NCBI GenBank assembly: GCA_000708835.1
Contig: DF237008.1
Location: forward strand, 124,001 to 188,000
Source: Klebsormidium nitens
Taxonomy: Eukaryota; Plantae; Klebsormidiophyceae
DNA length: 64,000 bases
Direction: 5' to 3'
Shown in pieces: positions 40,401-52,269 of the stretch. Both the position numbers and the translations under genes were made by a program. Every line of letters starts with the position of its first letter. Within the stretch, counting starts at the first letter, position 1. The notes below the pieces were generated by a model. It saw nothing but the letters and a program-made list of their open reading frames with translations, was not told where the DNA came from and searched no databases.

Positions 40401-43400
40401 AGCAGTTCATCCCCTCGGTGGACAAGCCCGAGGGCGTGTCGCTCCTCGAGCTCCCGCGCAAGCCCTCCCGCGACCTTAGTCACAGCCCGGTTCGCTCCCC
40501 CCGGCACCGAAAACCCGCTCAGTACACAATTGTTGACGACGACACTCTCGAAGATTCAGATACGGATAGGGAACAAGCTCGCGACAGTCGCGCAAACGGG
40601 GGGATGGATTTGGGGGTGCGTTCAGCGGGGACGCATGGGAGCGGGAAAAACGGATTGCGGGCGGTCGTGGACGATTTGCAGGCGGGGCTGCGAGAGCTGC
40701 CGACGTCGATGCGGAGTGTCATGGTTGTCATGGCGCTGACCTGGGTGAGCACCTTGACACCAGAAATTTCATGGTGTGGCGCATGGCAATGCTTGTTTGG
40801 TGCTGCTCTCATCAAGGCATCCCAAAGCGACGCAGCGGTTGCAACCGGAGGGGAAATGTATTTCGTAGACCATCCTGATCACATCCTGACCCATTTTAGC
40901 CCATTCCCTTCCGGGTAAGATGTTCGGCCAATTTTCAGACCTCCACATCTGAACGCTCCCATTCCTGCGATTGAAACATAAGAACCAAAGCTACACAGTG
41001 CATTCCATCCTGCGAAAGCATCGGCATAGTCTGGGATTCGGCGAGGCTTACGATTTGTAAAAGTGATGTATTTTGAGACGCCTAAGAGATGGGTTGTATA
41101 TAGCCCTATGGATCAAGCCAAAGCAAACTTATTGAGTATTACATTCTTTTTTGTCTTGTTCTTTTTTCTATACCCATCTCCTCTTTTCTTAATAACCCAT
41201 CAAGCGGGCTCTGTCATTGCAATTGTATACACCTCCTGTACTACACTGCGCCAGGTTGATTTAAAAAAGATTATTGCGTACTCGTCTGTGGCTCGAACGA
41301 ACGACTGGCCTCCTCTTTGTTTCGCTCCCGGATTTAAAACTGCTCCTTGACGTCGGCCTCCAATGTTGCCGAATCCTCCGCGTTTTACAAGTGTCTGCTG
41401 TCCAACATGCACTCCCTTTTGTGAGCACCTTCAAGCAATTGTTCACTACCCTCTCTTTCCGCCAATTAGCCTGGTTGCCGTTTCTACTGTTGGACACGAA
41501 CTCGAACAATATTGTATTTCCGCATGCTACTCGCTTTTGAGTACGCTTAACCCTTGACTCTCATTTCCTCTCTTCCCTTCAGTTGGCCTGGTTCCCGTTT
41601 CTGCTATTCGACACGGACTGGATGGGCCGCGAAGTGTACCAAGGGTCGCCCCAGGGCAACAAGGCGCTGGCCAACCTATACCAGCTGGGAGTGCGGGAAG
41701 GCGCGCTCGGCCTGCTACTGCAGTCGGTGAGCAGAAATGCCACCCAGGTCGTTTCCGGGCTATCGTTGCTCTCTCCCAGTCTCCAGGGGACAACTTCCGC
41801 TCCTCCCTGTTCCCGATACGATCTTCAGTCGAGACGCCTCGAGACAAAGCAAAACATCGTTCATTCAAACAAAGCTCCATCCAAAGTTATCTCTCTGCGC
41901 TTCCTAGATCGTGTCTGGGCTGTCGTTCCTGTTCATCGCCCTCTATTTTTAAGGACTGTTTCCGCTGCGGTATTCTCCAAATCTGCTCCTCACTTCTGGA
42001 CGCCTCCAGACAAAGCAATCAAGAGACTCACAAACAGAACTCTGTCAATGTCATCTGCCTCCGCTCCTCAGGTTGTGTCCGGGTTAGCGTCGCTGTTCAT
42101 CGCCCTTTGTTTTCAAGAGACCATTTCGCTGCCGTGCTCTTCAGATTTGCTCCTCACTTCTGGCCGCTCAGACTCGAAGCAAGAACAAACTTACAAGTAA
42201 TGATTCTCCATCCAACTTCATCCTTCAATTTCCAGGTCGTGTCCGGGTTAGCGTCCCTGTTCATCGACCCGCTGTGCCGGTGGCTCGGCAAAGTGCAGGT
42301 GTTGATGGGCGAACGCGCCATCACCCATGAAGTCACTCTGACTGACGTCCGAATCCTGACAGAACATGTTATGCGCTTCCGCAGGTCGTGTGTGGGCTGT
42401 CCTCCGTAATCATCGACTCCGAGTCTCCAAAGGGACTACTTCCGCTCCTCCCTTCATCAGGTACAACCTCCAGTTCGGAAGCCGAGAGAAAGCAACCAAC
42501 AGACACAAAAACAATTGTTTCAATCAACTTTCTGTCCGGTCCGCTCCTCAGGTTGTGTCCGGGTTAGCGTCCCTGTTCATCGACCCGCTGTGCCGGTGGC
42601 TCGGCTCCAGCCGGGTGTGGGCGCTGGGCAACGTCCTGCTCTTCTTCTTCATGGCCGCCACGGCAGTCGTCACGCGCGCGGCAACGACACTGATCCCCGT
42701 TTCGGGGGGGGAGGGGTATGAGCATCCGTCCTGGGTGCGGGGGGCGGCCGTGACGATCTTCGCGTGCCTGGGGGCCCCCTTGGCGGTGAGTTTACCCCCC
42801 ACTTGGGGGACTTTTCATCCAAACTCTGACTCTTAAGCTCACGGTCTGCACAGAGATGGATACCTGAAGGCAGAACGCCATTCCGTTCTGACGATCTGGG
42901 GCGCGAATGTGCAGAAGCGTGTGGGTGTCACAGCCCCTTGCATATCTGCTCGTTGAAAGCGTGTGGGACCATTTCTGACGTTTCGTTTGTTGAAAGCTTT
43001 TGAACCCTCCGTCGAAGCATTGCGTTTTCAGTAAGGCAAGCTTACTCTCGAAATCGAAACACAGTTGCGTGCCGTGTTCAGTCGGCGTTTTCGCAACAGC
43101 GGTTTTGACGAAGAGCATAGAAAACATGCCCAGATGCTTCCATAGGCTATGACCTGGCATTGCAAACTTGCTTCTCCTTCCTCCTTTTTTACTAGGAGAA
43201 AGTGCAGAGTCTGAGCAACCCGTTTTTGATGAAACATGTATAGTGGAGCGTCGTTTATGCATCCTTCCCGCTGGACAGTCGCGATTGGCCTGCGTAATTC
43301 TCTAACCTTGATCCAAAACCCGAGAACTTTCGCTGCGCTGGAAGAGAATGTCGTAAAATCAAGCGTAACTTGGACAGCGGAACTGAAGGTAACGATATCG

Positions 43401-46400
43401 CTGAGTCTTGAAGAGCAATGCTGTAAGCTAGCAATCCTCACTTCTGGATGCCAACTCTGATTTCCTTCCATTCCCTGGGCAATGGGCGAGGATGTTAGTC
43501 GTCTGAGTTCAAGGACTCATGGATATGATCCGGCTTGCTGACGCCAAAGAGATGAACCTATCCTCATAAAAGGCCTCCTTATCAGGCTCTGATTATCACG
43601 CAACTTTCTACAACCATGGTGCGCTGTCTTGCAAATCGCTTGCTTGGACTCCCAGACAGCGTGCTTGAGCAGATCTTGAAGCCTCTGGTGGCCTGCTCTT
43701 CGCATTGTCGCTACCTTCGACGTCCCTTCGAAACTCTTTCCGCAGGGAATCCGATGCAATTTATGTTGTGAGCCCTTTTTGAGATTCGACTAAAGTCAGA
43801 CGACGCTCGTTTCGTCCCCCGTTCCGCAGATGACAAATAGTACAGCATCGCAAAAAACATATTTTGTATGGATCTGCAAAGTAGTTTCTCGTCTGAATCG
43901 AGCTCTTTCGATGAGCCAGTACTGGGTTTGAAGGACTGCACCTGTCGACAGCAACGCCTTGGCGTAGCCTGGAAACGCGTCGCAACTGTTGGTTGACTGT
44001 CTGATATTGAAAGTATCCTCACGCTATTGTCCAATCTTCTTTTTATCATTCACACGTGTATCGAAGTTCACAGAACCGGTCAAGCGGCAAAGCTGCTTCG
44101 TTGCGTCCTGGTGCTGCGGGCTGCAATGCCGGTCCGCCAATCATCGGACACTTTGATGTCAGCCACGGCGGTTGGCGTTCGGTTGGTTCTGGGTGTGCAA
44201 ATCAGACCACCGGTTGGCGTTCGGTTGGTTCTGGGTGTGCAAATCAGACCACGGGTTGTAAGTGAATGCAAGCATCCGTTTGCGTGACAGCTTCCTTATC
44301 CTGCCTGCCTTTTGCTCCGAGTCTTTGTAAACCTGGGCCCCGGCTCAAGGTTACGACACCCGCTTGCTTGCATTCGTGACGGCCGGGGGATCACATGTCC
44401 ATGGCTTGGGATTTCTTTTGACATATGTTTCCTAACACTGTGTTGTGTTTACCTGCTAAGGCGTTCCTTTTTGCAGACAACCTCTAAGAAAGCGCAAGCA
44501 AGTTTATGGCAATTTGTTGATGTGCGAAGGTCATAGCGAGAGATATCGAGAAGTGTCCGCTTTCGGCACCTGTTGTGAGGAGGCAGTGACGACTCAAGCT
44601 GGGATTCGCACTTGGCCCAACAGTATACAGGAGCGAGACGCGATGCGCCATTCAGCAAATGGACCTTTGAGCAAGTCAAACCTATTCTGACACTCCGCTT
44701 CTGTGTCAAACTTGGATTTCTCGCCGCTGATTATACAAGGCTGATCCATTACTTGTTGATTGCTTGTTGAAGCAAAAGCTTTCAGAAGCGACAGAACCCA
44801 AATGACCTTAGCAAGCCTTCGGCGACAGCATTTGATAAAGCACTTTTTTATACGAATGCGAGTTCTTGGAGCGAAGTCCAAAAGAGTCACTGCTTTCTGA
44901 GGAGCACACTGATGGGGAGGGATGGGGAGGCTGTGAGGAGTACTAGCTGGGATCGCATTCGTATGTCCTAGTTACTGTAGCACTGCCCGATGCCTCAACT
45001 TTTGCACCTTCTGTGAACATTTCTGTCTTGATTAGCAGTGTGACCGACTTTCAACGCGCTTACTGCGTCTGCTTTACTTTGCTACTCTGACGTACATATG
45101 TCGTCAACGCAGAAACCAGTAAGCTGCTGCTGAGAACTGCGGACATTGATCAAATCGTGCATGGATTTGAACTTCGGGGATGACAGCGCTTGCGTGCGCT
45201 TCTTCCAGTATGTCGCCGTTGAATCCGCATCCGTCGGCCCTTATTTACACGTTAGCTTTCTCGTGACGTCTCTCTGGAGACGCATCATTGGAAGGTTGTC
45301 TGCATTGGATCCAGTCCGACCTGGTTTGTTTGTCGTTCAGGCAATCAACAAAAAACCGGAGGCCTCGGAATGCGGCATAGAAGCAGGCCGCTTTTGGCGT
45401 CTTTCTTGTGAAGGCAGTGACGAGTTGACCTGGGCATTGCACTTAGCCCATCGGTTCACCGGGGCAAGTCGCGATGCCTCATTGAGCGTATTTATCTGGT
45501 GCAAGTCAAACCTACTCTTGACACTCCGCTCCTACGCCAAATTTGAAGTTTTTGCCGCTGATTTGCTGGCTCCTTCCACTACTTGACCTGAGAGAATGCT
45601 TTCCAGCAGAGGCAGGATCTGAATGACCTAGCACGCCTGTGCGGCAGCATTCATTCCAGCGGTTTCGCATCCGGATCGAATCCCTTGGGCGAAGTTTACT
45701 AGCTCTCTTTGCTTTCTGAGGAGCACACAAATTGAAAAGGCTGTGAGGACTGCTGGCTGGGTTCAGAATCGTGCCCAGTTTTCGCGGCAGTTGCCGATGC
45801 CTCAACTTTTGCACTTTTTGTGAACGTTCCTCCCACGAATATCAATCGCGAACCACTTTGAATGCGCCTACTGCGTTTGCTATGTGTTCTGCTATTCCGA
45901 CTTTCACTTGTCACCGACGCAGGGGACCTGTAAGGTCAGAGAACCGCGGACCGTGTCTTCGTCGCACAGGGATTCGAAGACTGATTTAGATGGTGAAAGC
46001 GCTCGCATACGCGCCTTGGTTTTCTGTCGCTGTTTTTGGTTTGCATTGTTTGCCTGCCTTTCATCATACGGACAGCCCTTTTCAGAGTTTTTTTGAGCCG
46101 GAATGGTGGGATCATTGGCAAGCAGGTAACCCGACCTCCTTTGAGCTGTCATCCCACCGGACCGAGGCCAGAAAGACCCCTTGAGAGGTTTCAGTCACAT
46201 AGCGGACGCCATGCTTACTTTCGCCTTCAAAGGGCGTCTGCAGACGGCCAATTCAGCCGTCAGTGTCCTACTGAAACGAGTGTGTCGCCTGGGCCTAGCA
46301 TCGAAACGGAATCGCATGCACCATTTGAGCGCGTGCGTCGCCATTGGGGCATGGTATCCAGATAGCTTTCTGTTTGAAGGCCCTTCAATGATGTCGCCAT

Positions 46401-47386
46401 GACGAACAAAGATCTGGGTTTTACAAGCCGATGCCCAGCCGCATCGATGAGCTCATCCAGCTGAGGCGATAGCGTATAAAAGTTTCGTTTTGATCTGTTA
46501 TTTGTGACACCCTCTGTCTCCTCTTATATGTGAGGTGTAGTGCCTCAGAAACTTTCTCACGTCTCATACGGCACTGCGTGCTTTCTGCAGGTGACGTTCA
46601 GCGTGCCGTTTTCCCTAACGGCGGAGGTGACGGCCGGATCCGGCGGCGGCCAAGGCCTGGCGGTCGGCATCCTCAACCTCGCAATCGTGCTGCCGCAGGT
46701 GAGCTGGCAACCGGCAAGCGTTTGTTAACTTGACTAGAAGTTAACACACCCTTCGTGCTCCCAAGGTGTATTAAAAGCCCCAAAGGGTGGTTTGTACGCA
46801 GCTTGGACTTCACTGTTCCCGGGTGTTCCTTGCCAAATTGAGGCCGCCATAAATGAGCATTTGAATAGGTTGGGTGTCTATTCTTTGCGCTCCGGTTTAT
46901 GAGCAAGGTGCCGAGGTGGTTATGAATAGGATAAGCCTCGCCCTTCGGCTATAACCTCCCTTGAGGCACGCTTCTGTCTTGGAATAGAATTATACCCATC
47001 TTTCAAGTCTGGTGGTCCAGACAGTCTGCTCAGGGCAACTGCCAAACCGTGATTGCCGCTTTCCGCTAATGCGGATCCTTTGCCACCTCAGAAACCTTGG
47101 AGGGCCGTCTGTCCCGATCAAGATCTTTCCTATTGTGAGCGTTCTCTTGACCCCTTCGAAAGAACAGAGACCTCGACTTTAAGACAGAACATTGCTTTCG
47201 TTTTTGCAGGTGGTTGTTTCGCTGGGTTCCGGCCCGTGGGACGCGTTGTTTGGGGGCGGGAACGAGCCGGCGTTCGTTGCGGGGGCTCTGTTTGCGCTAG
47301 CAGGTGCCGTCGTAGCCATTTTGAGACTGCCCAGAACTAGAAGTCAAGACAGACCGCCGGATTTTGTTGCTCACGGATTCCCATGA
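37478..47386 (+). CDS. SUT: Sucrose/H+ symporter (SUT/SUC family, SUT2-like); exons 37478-37909, 38259-38423, 38768-38908, 39424-39557, 39991-40066, 40352-40744, 41583-41726, 42552-42785, 46591-46698, 47210-47386
   Basis: [18 protein letters not shown]|[34 protein letters not shown]…[20 protein letters not shown]|[50 protein letters not shown]. Every junction GT-AG and in frame. Confidence 0.95.
41210..41294 (+). pseudogene. nad4: Mitochondrial nad4 fragment (NUMT) inside SUT intron 6
   Basis: Translates [28 protein letters not shown], a conserved mitochondrial ND4 motif. It is preceded by ~150 bp of AT-rich sequence unlike the flanks. Confidence 0.85.
41740..42610 (+). repeat. Six-unit ~160-bp tandem array of the SUT exon-8 acceptor and exon start, filling intron 7
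   Basis: AG|GTxGTxTCCGGGxTAxCG-like starts at 41748, 41908, 42072, 42236, 42385 and 42552 (the functional exon). Confidence 0.9.
44169..44254. repeat. Perfect ~42-bp tandem duplication in SUT intron 8
   Basis: cggttggcgttcggttggttctgggtgtgcaaatcagaccac occurs twice. Confidence 0.9.
44560..45900. repeat. Diverged ~830-bp direct duplication in SUT intron 8
   Basis: gcaagtcaaaccta…gacactccgct at 44671 and 45501; gctttctgaggagcacac and gatgcctcaacttttgcac also recur at the same offset. Confidence 0.75.
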
Positions 47387-50300
47387 AAAACAGCCCATCT
47401 GCGCACGCTTCTCGAATAAACCCAAATGACATGTCGAGTTGCGAAAAGCTCTGGTCGACATCCACGTGGCATAACATCTGATGACGTCGTTCCTGTTTGA
47501 ACGCGTGATGTAGCGTTCTCGTTTTTTTTTGGTTCACCTTTGGCAGCGGTTGTCCTCTTGGCTTGAGGCAGAATGAATGGTCAGCTTATGAAACTATGAT
47601 CTACTGGGCAGACCAATAGGGGGAATCAAACGCCGAACAATTTGAGGAGCTGTCCACTATTGATTGGACAGCTCGAGCTTAGAGGCTGAGCCCGTGATTG
47701 TCGGCTGCCGCCTTCTTGTTACGTAGCCTCTATGAACTGATCGTTTGGCTTCTTTTCGTTGCCTTTTCTGGAAAAACTATAGCAACTTTATTGGACGTCG
47801 AGACTGCCATGTCTAGAGCACCCTCAGTCCAGCCCCGCTGTGCGCCGTGGCAAGCAGGGTAGGGTAGATCTCTTTAGAATCGAACTTTGTCTACGCTCCA
47901 AGGCGAGGCTGTCGGCGTTTATCATAGCGCGGAAGCTCATGTCATGTTTGGTTTCCTGCAAACGGGTGTTTGGACTGCAAGAGGACGTCGTTGAGGTGCT
48001 TGCCGTTCCGGCAGTGATTTGAGAGGTGACCTTTTTCTTTTCATTATGACCTTTGAAGCAGTAGCGATGACGATCCTAATCTGAGGCATTCACTCAGAAG
48101 CGGTTAGGTTTCAGACGCTGCACGCTGTCCGAATTTGGAAATGATTCAACGGGCATGTTGGAGCTCACAAGGTCTGCTCCTCTGCCGCTTTCCCCTTGCT
48201 GGCCCATCCTCCCTTGCAAACACGTTACCCCCTGCCTACTGACTTAGAGTGTAGATTGATGCTTTTGAGGAAAAAAGAGTTGACAGATGCTTTTCACGGA
48301 AAAGGTGCTATTGTAGCGTTGCTTTGTTGGAGCTGTCAATCTATTTATGCTCAAAGTGTGCACTCCGTCAAACCTGCCCATCTGTCCGGACTTTGACTTA
48401 GAAATGGAAGACTGGGCCATTGATGTTCTGAGCTTAGCCATTGGATGAAACACGGACTTTCATCAGAAGAGATTGACATGGTCGAGGCGGCATGGTTTGG
48501 CGAAAAATGCAATACGTTGCTGGCTTGATGTGTTAATTCTTGAGTTTCGAAATTTTGGAAGGTGAAGTCATAACGGGATGCTTCCTTGAAAGACGAAAGG
48601 GCACCTTACCACCATTTAAACAGGCATGTAGGACCGATTGCAGGCCACACACTAGTCGGCCCCCGCTTCGATTCACCCCGGCTGTTTGAGTTGACTGCGA
48701 ATCTTGGTCAAGAATACCAAGGGCGGACCCTGGCCAGCCGCAGGATTTTGAGTTCAACAAGTCCGCTTGTCTAAAATCATGCCCCGTCGTCCAGAACCTT
48801 TCTGAAACGTTACGACGTTGAGCTGGGAGGATCGAACTCTCGCTGGGCATCACTTCGTGGAGTGCCCATCAAACGCAGCATCATCAGTTCGACTGAGGCT
48901 CCCTCTTCGCATGACGGTTCTGGTATCATCATCTTCTTTCAGCCGGTACTTAAAAATGCTGCAAAGAGATCGTTCTGTCCAGTCATTCGTTGTCCTACTC
49001 AGCCCAATGAAGAAAGCAGGTTACGCTCTTTTTTTGCTGCTCCGTCATTCACTCCCTGTGTTCCAAGCTTTGCGGTGTATAAGCTTATACCTCAACGTGC
49101 ACGTATCATGCAATTGGGGTTAGCCGCCTCAAGTTTGAGTTCGATGAGGCGCTTGTGTGACTCCCGTTGGCAACTCATAACAGCCTGTTCAATCAAGAGG
49201 CCGACGACAACCGCTGGGCTGATCTGGCCGAAGCATCCTACTTCTTGCTGCCTATTGCCTCCCATATGCTTGCACGATAAGACAGGAAAAGAAAGTAAGG
49301 GTCTGCTTTGAGGGGAGGCGTCTCATCGACAATTTACGACTGGTTTATCAAACATCTCTACGACTGGTGAGAAAGCTTGGGGTTTCGTGCAACGCGGTTC
49401 TCTGAAGCTTCAGGCTTCCAACAAGTTGCATCTTTTTGATTCGGTGTGTCTGGCAGGCAGCGCAGGACGGTTGTCGATTACTTTCAGAGGTCTTTGTCCT
49501 CTTGGGTTCGGCAGATGGTGTGGCGTCCTTAGCAACATGCATCTCAAGTAGATATATAGATACCAAAGCCTTCGTTTGGCGGTGCATCTGGATCCCGGGC
49601 TGAAGTGCGAGAAAGAACTTCGGATGTGTGGTTTCTTGTGAAGCGAGAGAGTTGCAACCCTCAGACAGGGAGGTTCTTGACATGACGAGCACAGCCGCCG
49701 GAAGCCAGTCGCCGTTGAGATTGAGGTTGAGAAGTCAACACGGAGATCTCGGGTGAAGTTCGGCTTGAAGCCTCCCGTGGGAAGGTGAAGTTGCTGCGAA
49801 AGGAAGGAGCTCGCTTTCGATTGGGGTAAAAAGTAAAAGCTTACAAGAGAGCTCTCTTTCCCTCGCTCGTTTTTGAAGCACCTGTAGAGTGCGCTGTTCC
49901 GGGGGCGGTGAGGAAGTAAGAGCTGGAAAGGATGATCCAAGTGCGATCCGACTGCTCCCGATGCCTCAATCACTGGCAGTCTTATTGTTCAAGTGGACCC
50001 CGTAGGATACGTCCAGCCATACATATTGGAGTCGCTGTCAGAAATGTAATTGGAGGCGGATGTTCCAGCAACCCAGTCACGTATGAACTAGGTGGAGCAA
50101 CGCTGTCCATGGCCGCTAAAGACTCGTTCTCGCTGACTATCCTCAATTTGTGTCCTCTGCTTTGAGGGCAGAGTCTGCTGTTGAGGACGAACTTCTCGAA
50201 GGTGTGCGTGCTGATCAGAATACTTCAAAAGATGACTGGTGTGGACTCTGGACTTGCAAACTGGTAGTGCAGACCGGCAGAGTGGGCAAAGCTATGACAC

Positions 50301-52269
50301 CATTTTGCCAAATTTACGGTGTGCCTTCGGATGAGTTCTGCCCTAGATTCCAATCACGAGATTGTAAGACACGCCCGCGCGTTGATTCTCTTATGCGTTG
50401 GTCTATCTGCAGTGAAGCTTTGCTGACAGCTTTTCAGACGCTTGAGCGTTCCGTCCCAAGCTACCACACAAAGCACCTCCTTCTTTGCTCGACAATTAAG
50501 ATGATGAGTAAAACCGTCACTCCTGGATACACAAGATTTATTCTTCCGTTTTCCTCGCTGTCCTTTTTACCAAGGCTACGGTTCTTCGGTTACGTGAGGG
50601 CGATCGCAATCGCTCGCCAAACTTTCTGCTCTCTCTGCCGCCAGCCATTGAAGAGGCGATGTGGAGATCAGGTGGGCTAGCAAATTTGGGCCCAGAAAGA
50701 TCTTGACCCAGATCTTGTCTCTGATGCCTCGAAACTTCACAAGTGCTTGTCATTCACCGGCTTCGCAAGTGACTACGTTTAAGGCGCCCCGCTATGAACA
50801 TCAGTTCTGATGAAGCGATTCCTCTAGTCAAATACTTCCGTTGGCACCCACTGCTCGATGCCTGATTCCCCCAAGTCATCCGATTCAATGGAGCTTTATT
50901 GTGGCAGATTCAGACCAAGTGTTGCAGTATCTGAAAGCTAGCTTCCCGCGGTCTGTATCTTAGGAAAAGCGTGTTGCATTTCAAAATCGTGTTCAGGTGC
51001 GTTGCGAGGGTTGATTGTGCATTTAATCCGGGGGATCAGACTGCGGGAAGGATTGTTTTTGATGGCTCGGGCCAGATTGCCAATCTACTGAATTCGCTTG
51101 TCAAGTTCCTAGTCGCAATTGCAGATTCACAGTTGACATCCGTAACGACGCCACAAAGTCTGCCGTCTCTCGCCCTAGCCAGTGACCCTCTGCGGGGTAA
51201 TCCACCTTTGGAGGAAGCTGGTTGCGGTATTAATCGATGCTCAGAAGCTGCCAGCTAGTAAGAGCAGCAAAAGCTGCATGGGTCCACGCTTCTGAAGGAG
51301 TGCATCGCGACTCGGACTCACTTTTATAATCTGTCATTCACTGCGGCCAGCACTTATTTCAATCGGTTTGCATTTGTTGCAGCCGCAGGAACCCAAATGG
51401 TACCAACTGCCCGAAAGCCTTCTTCGTCTAGAGGTTGTGATGACATTCTCGCCTGACATGAATGTGGTTCATATCAACCAGATACTGCGCATGTCATGCT
51501 TGAATTCAGCACATTCAAACGCCTCCAAATGACATCTTACAGTTCGTGTCCGCAGCGTCTGGAGCAGCTTGCCTCCGAAACTCCCTGCAAGTTGTGCAAA
51601 CCTGTGCCGGGAGCAGCGTCCTATCATTGTACGCCGAAAGGCAGGTCCTTGCCCCCCAGAATCATTCTGAGATAAGCGTATCTCCTTACGGTACCCGTTG
51701 ACTTCTGGCTAACCTGCAAAGCAGTACTGGGGCACCCTGATACAACTACCTGTGAGAATCAGATGGTGTACCGGGCGACAATCAGTTTGTCAGATGTCAA
51801 AACAGTCCTCAACGTTTCTGAAACCTCTCTCAGTATGGCTGAATGGTCCTCGTTGGACGAGGGACGTATCCGGGATGCGAGTCGTTTTTCTCCTCAGCGA
51901 ACTCACCTGGTCTGTTGTCCTCAGCCTGGTGTCTTTCGGCGGAAAGGCAATGAGGGCCTTGAAAGAGTGGGCACGACGACAATGCCCACTCTCAGCGCTG
52001 AAGCCATTCCGCTCATGATGTGATGCGCTGACAGACTTGCCCTTTGTCATTCCCAACAAGATTGGTAGAAGGCACGAAGTGATCAATTGCAAGAGGGATT
52101 CGTCATCGGATGCAAAGCGACGCAGTCGCGGTCTCAACTTAAAGAGCGCCGCGCAATGAAACCGAGTGACTGTCACCATCTACTTGTACCACAGATCGAC
52201 TCCCAAAGCTTTGTTCTGATTCTCGATCACGCTGGAAAGGATTCCGTAGCCCGTTTGTGCGGGTTGACG

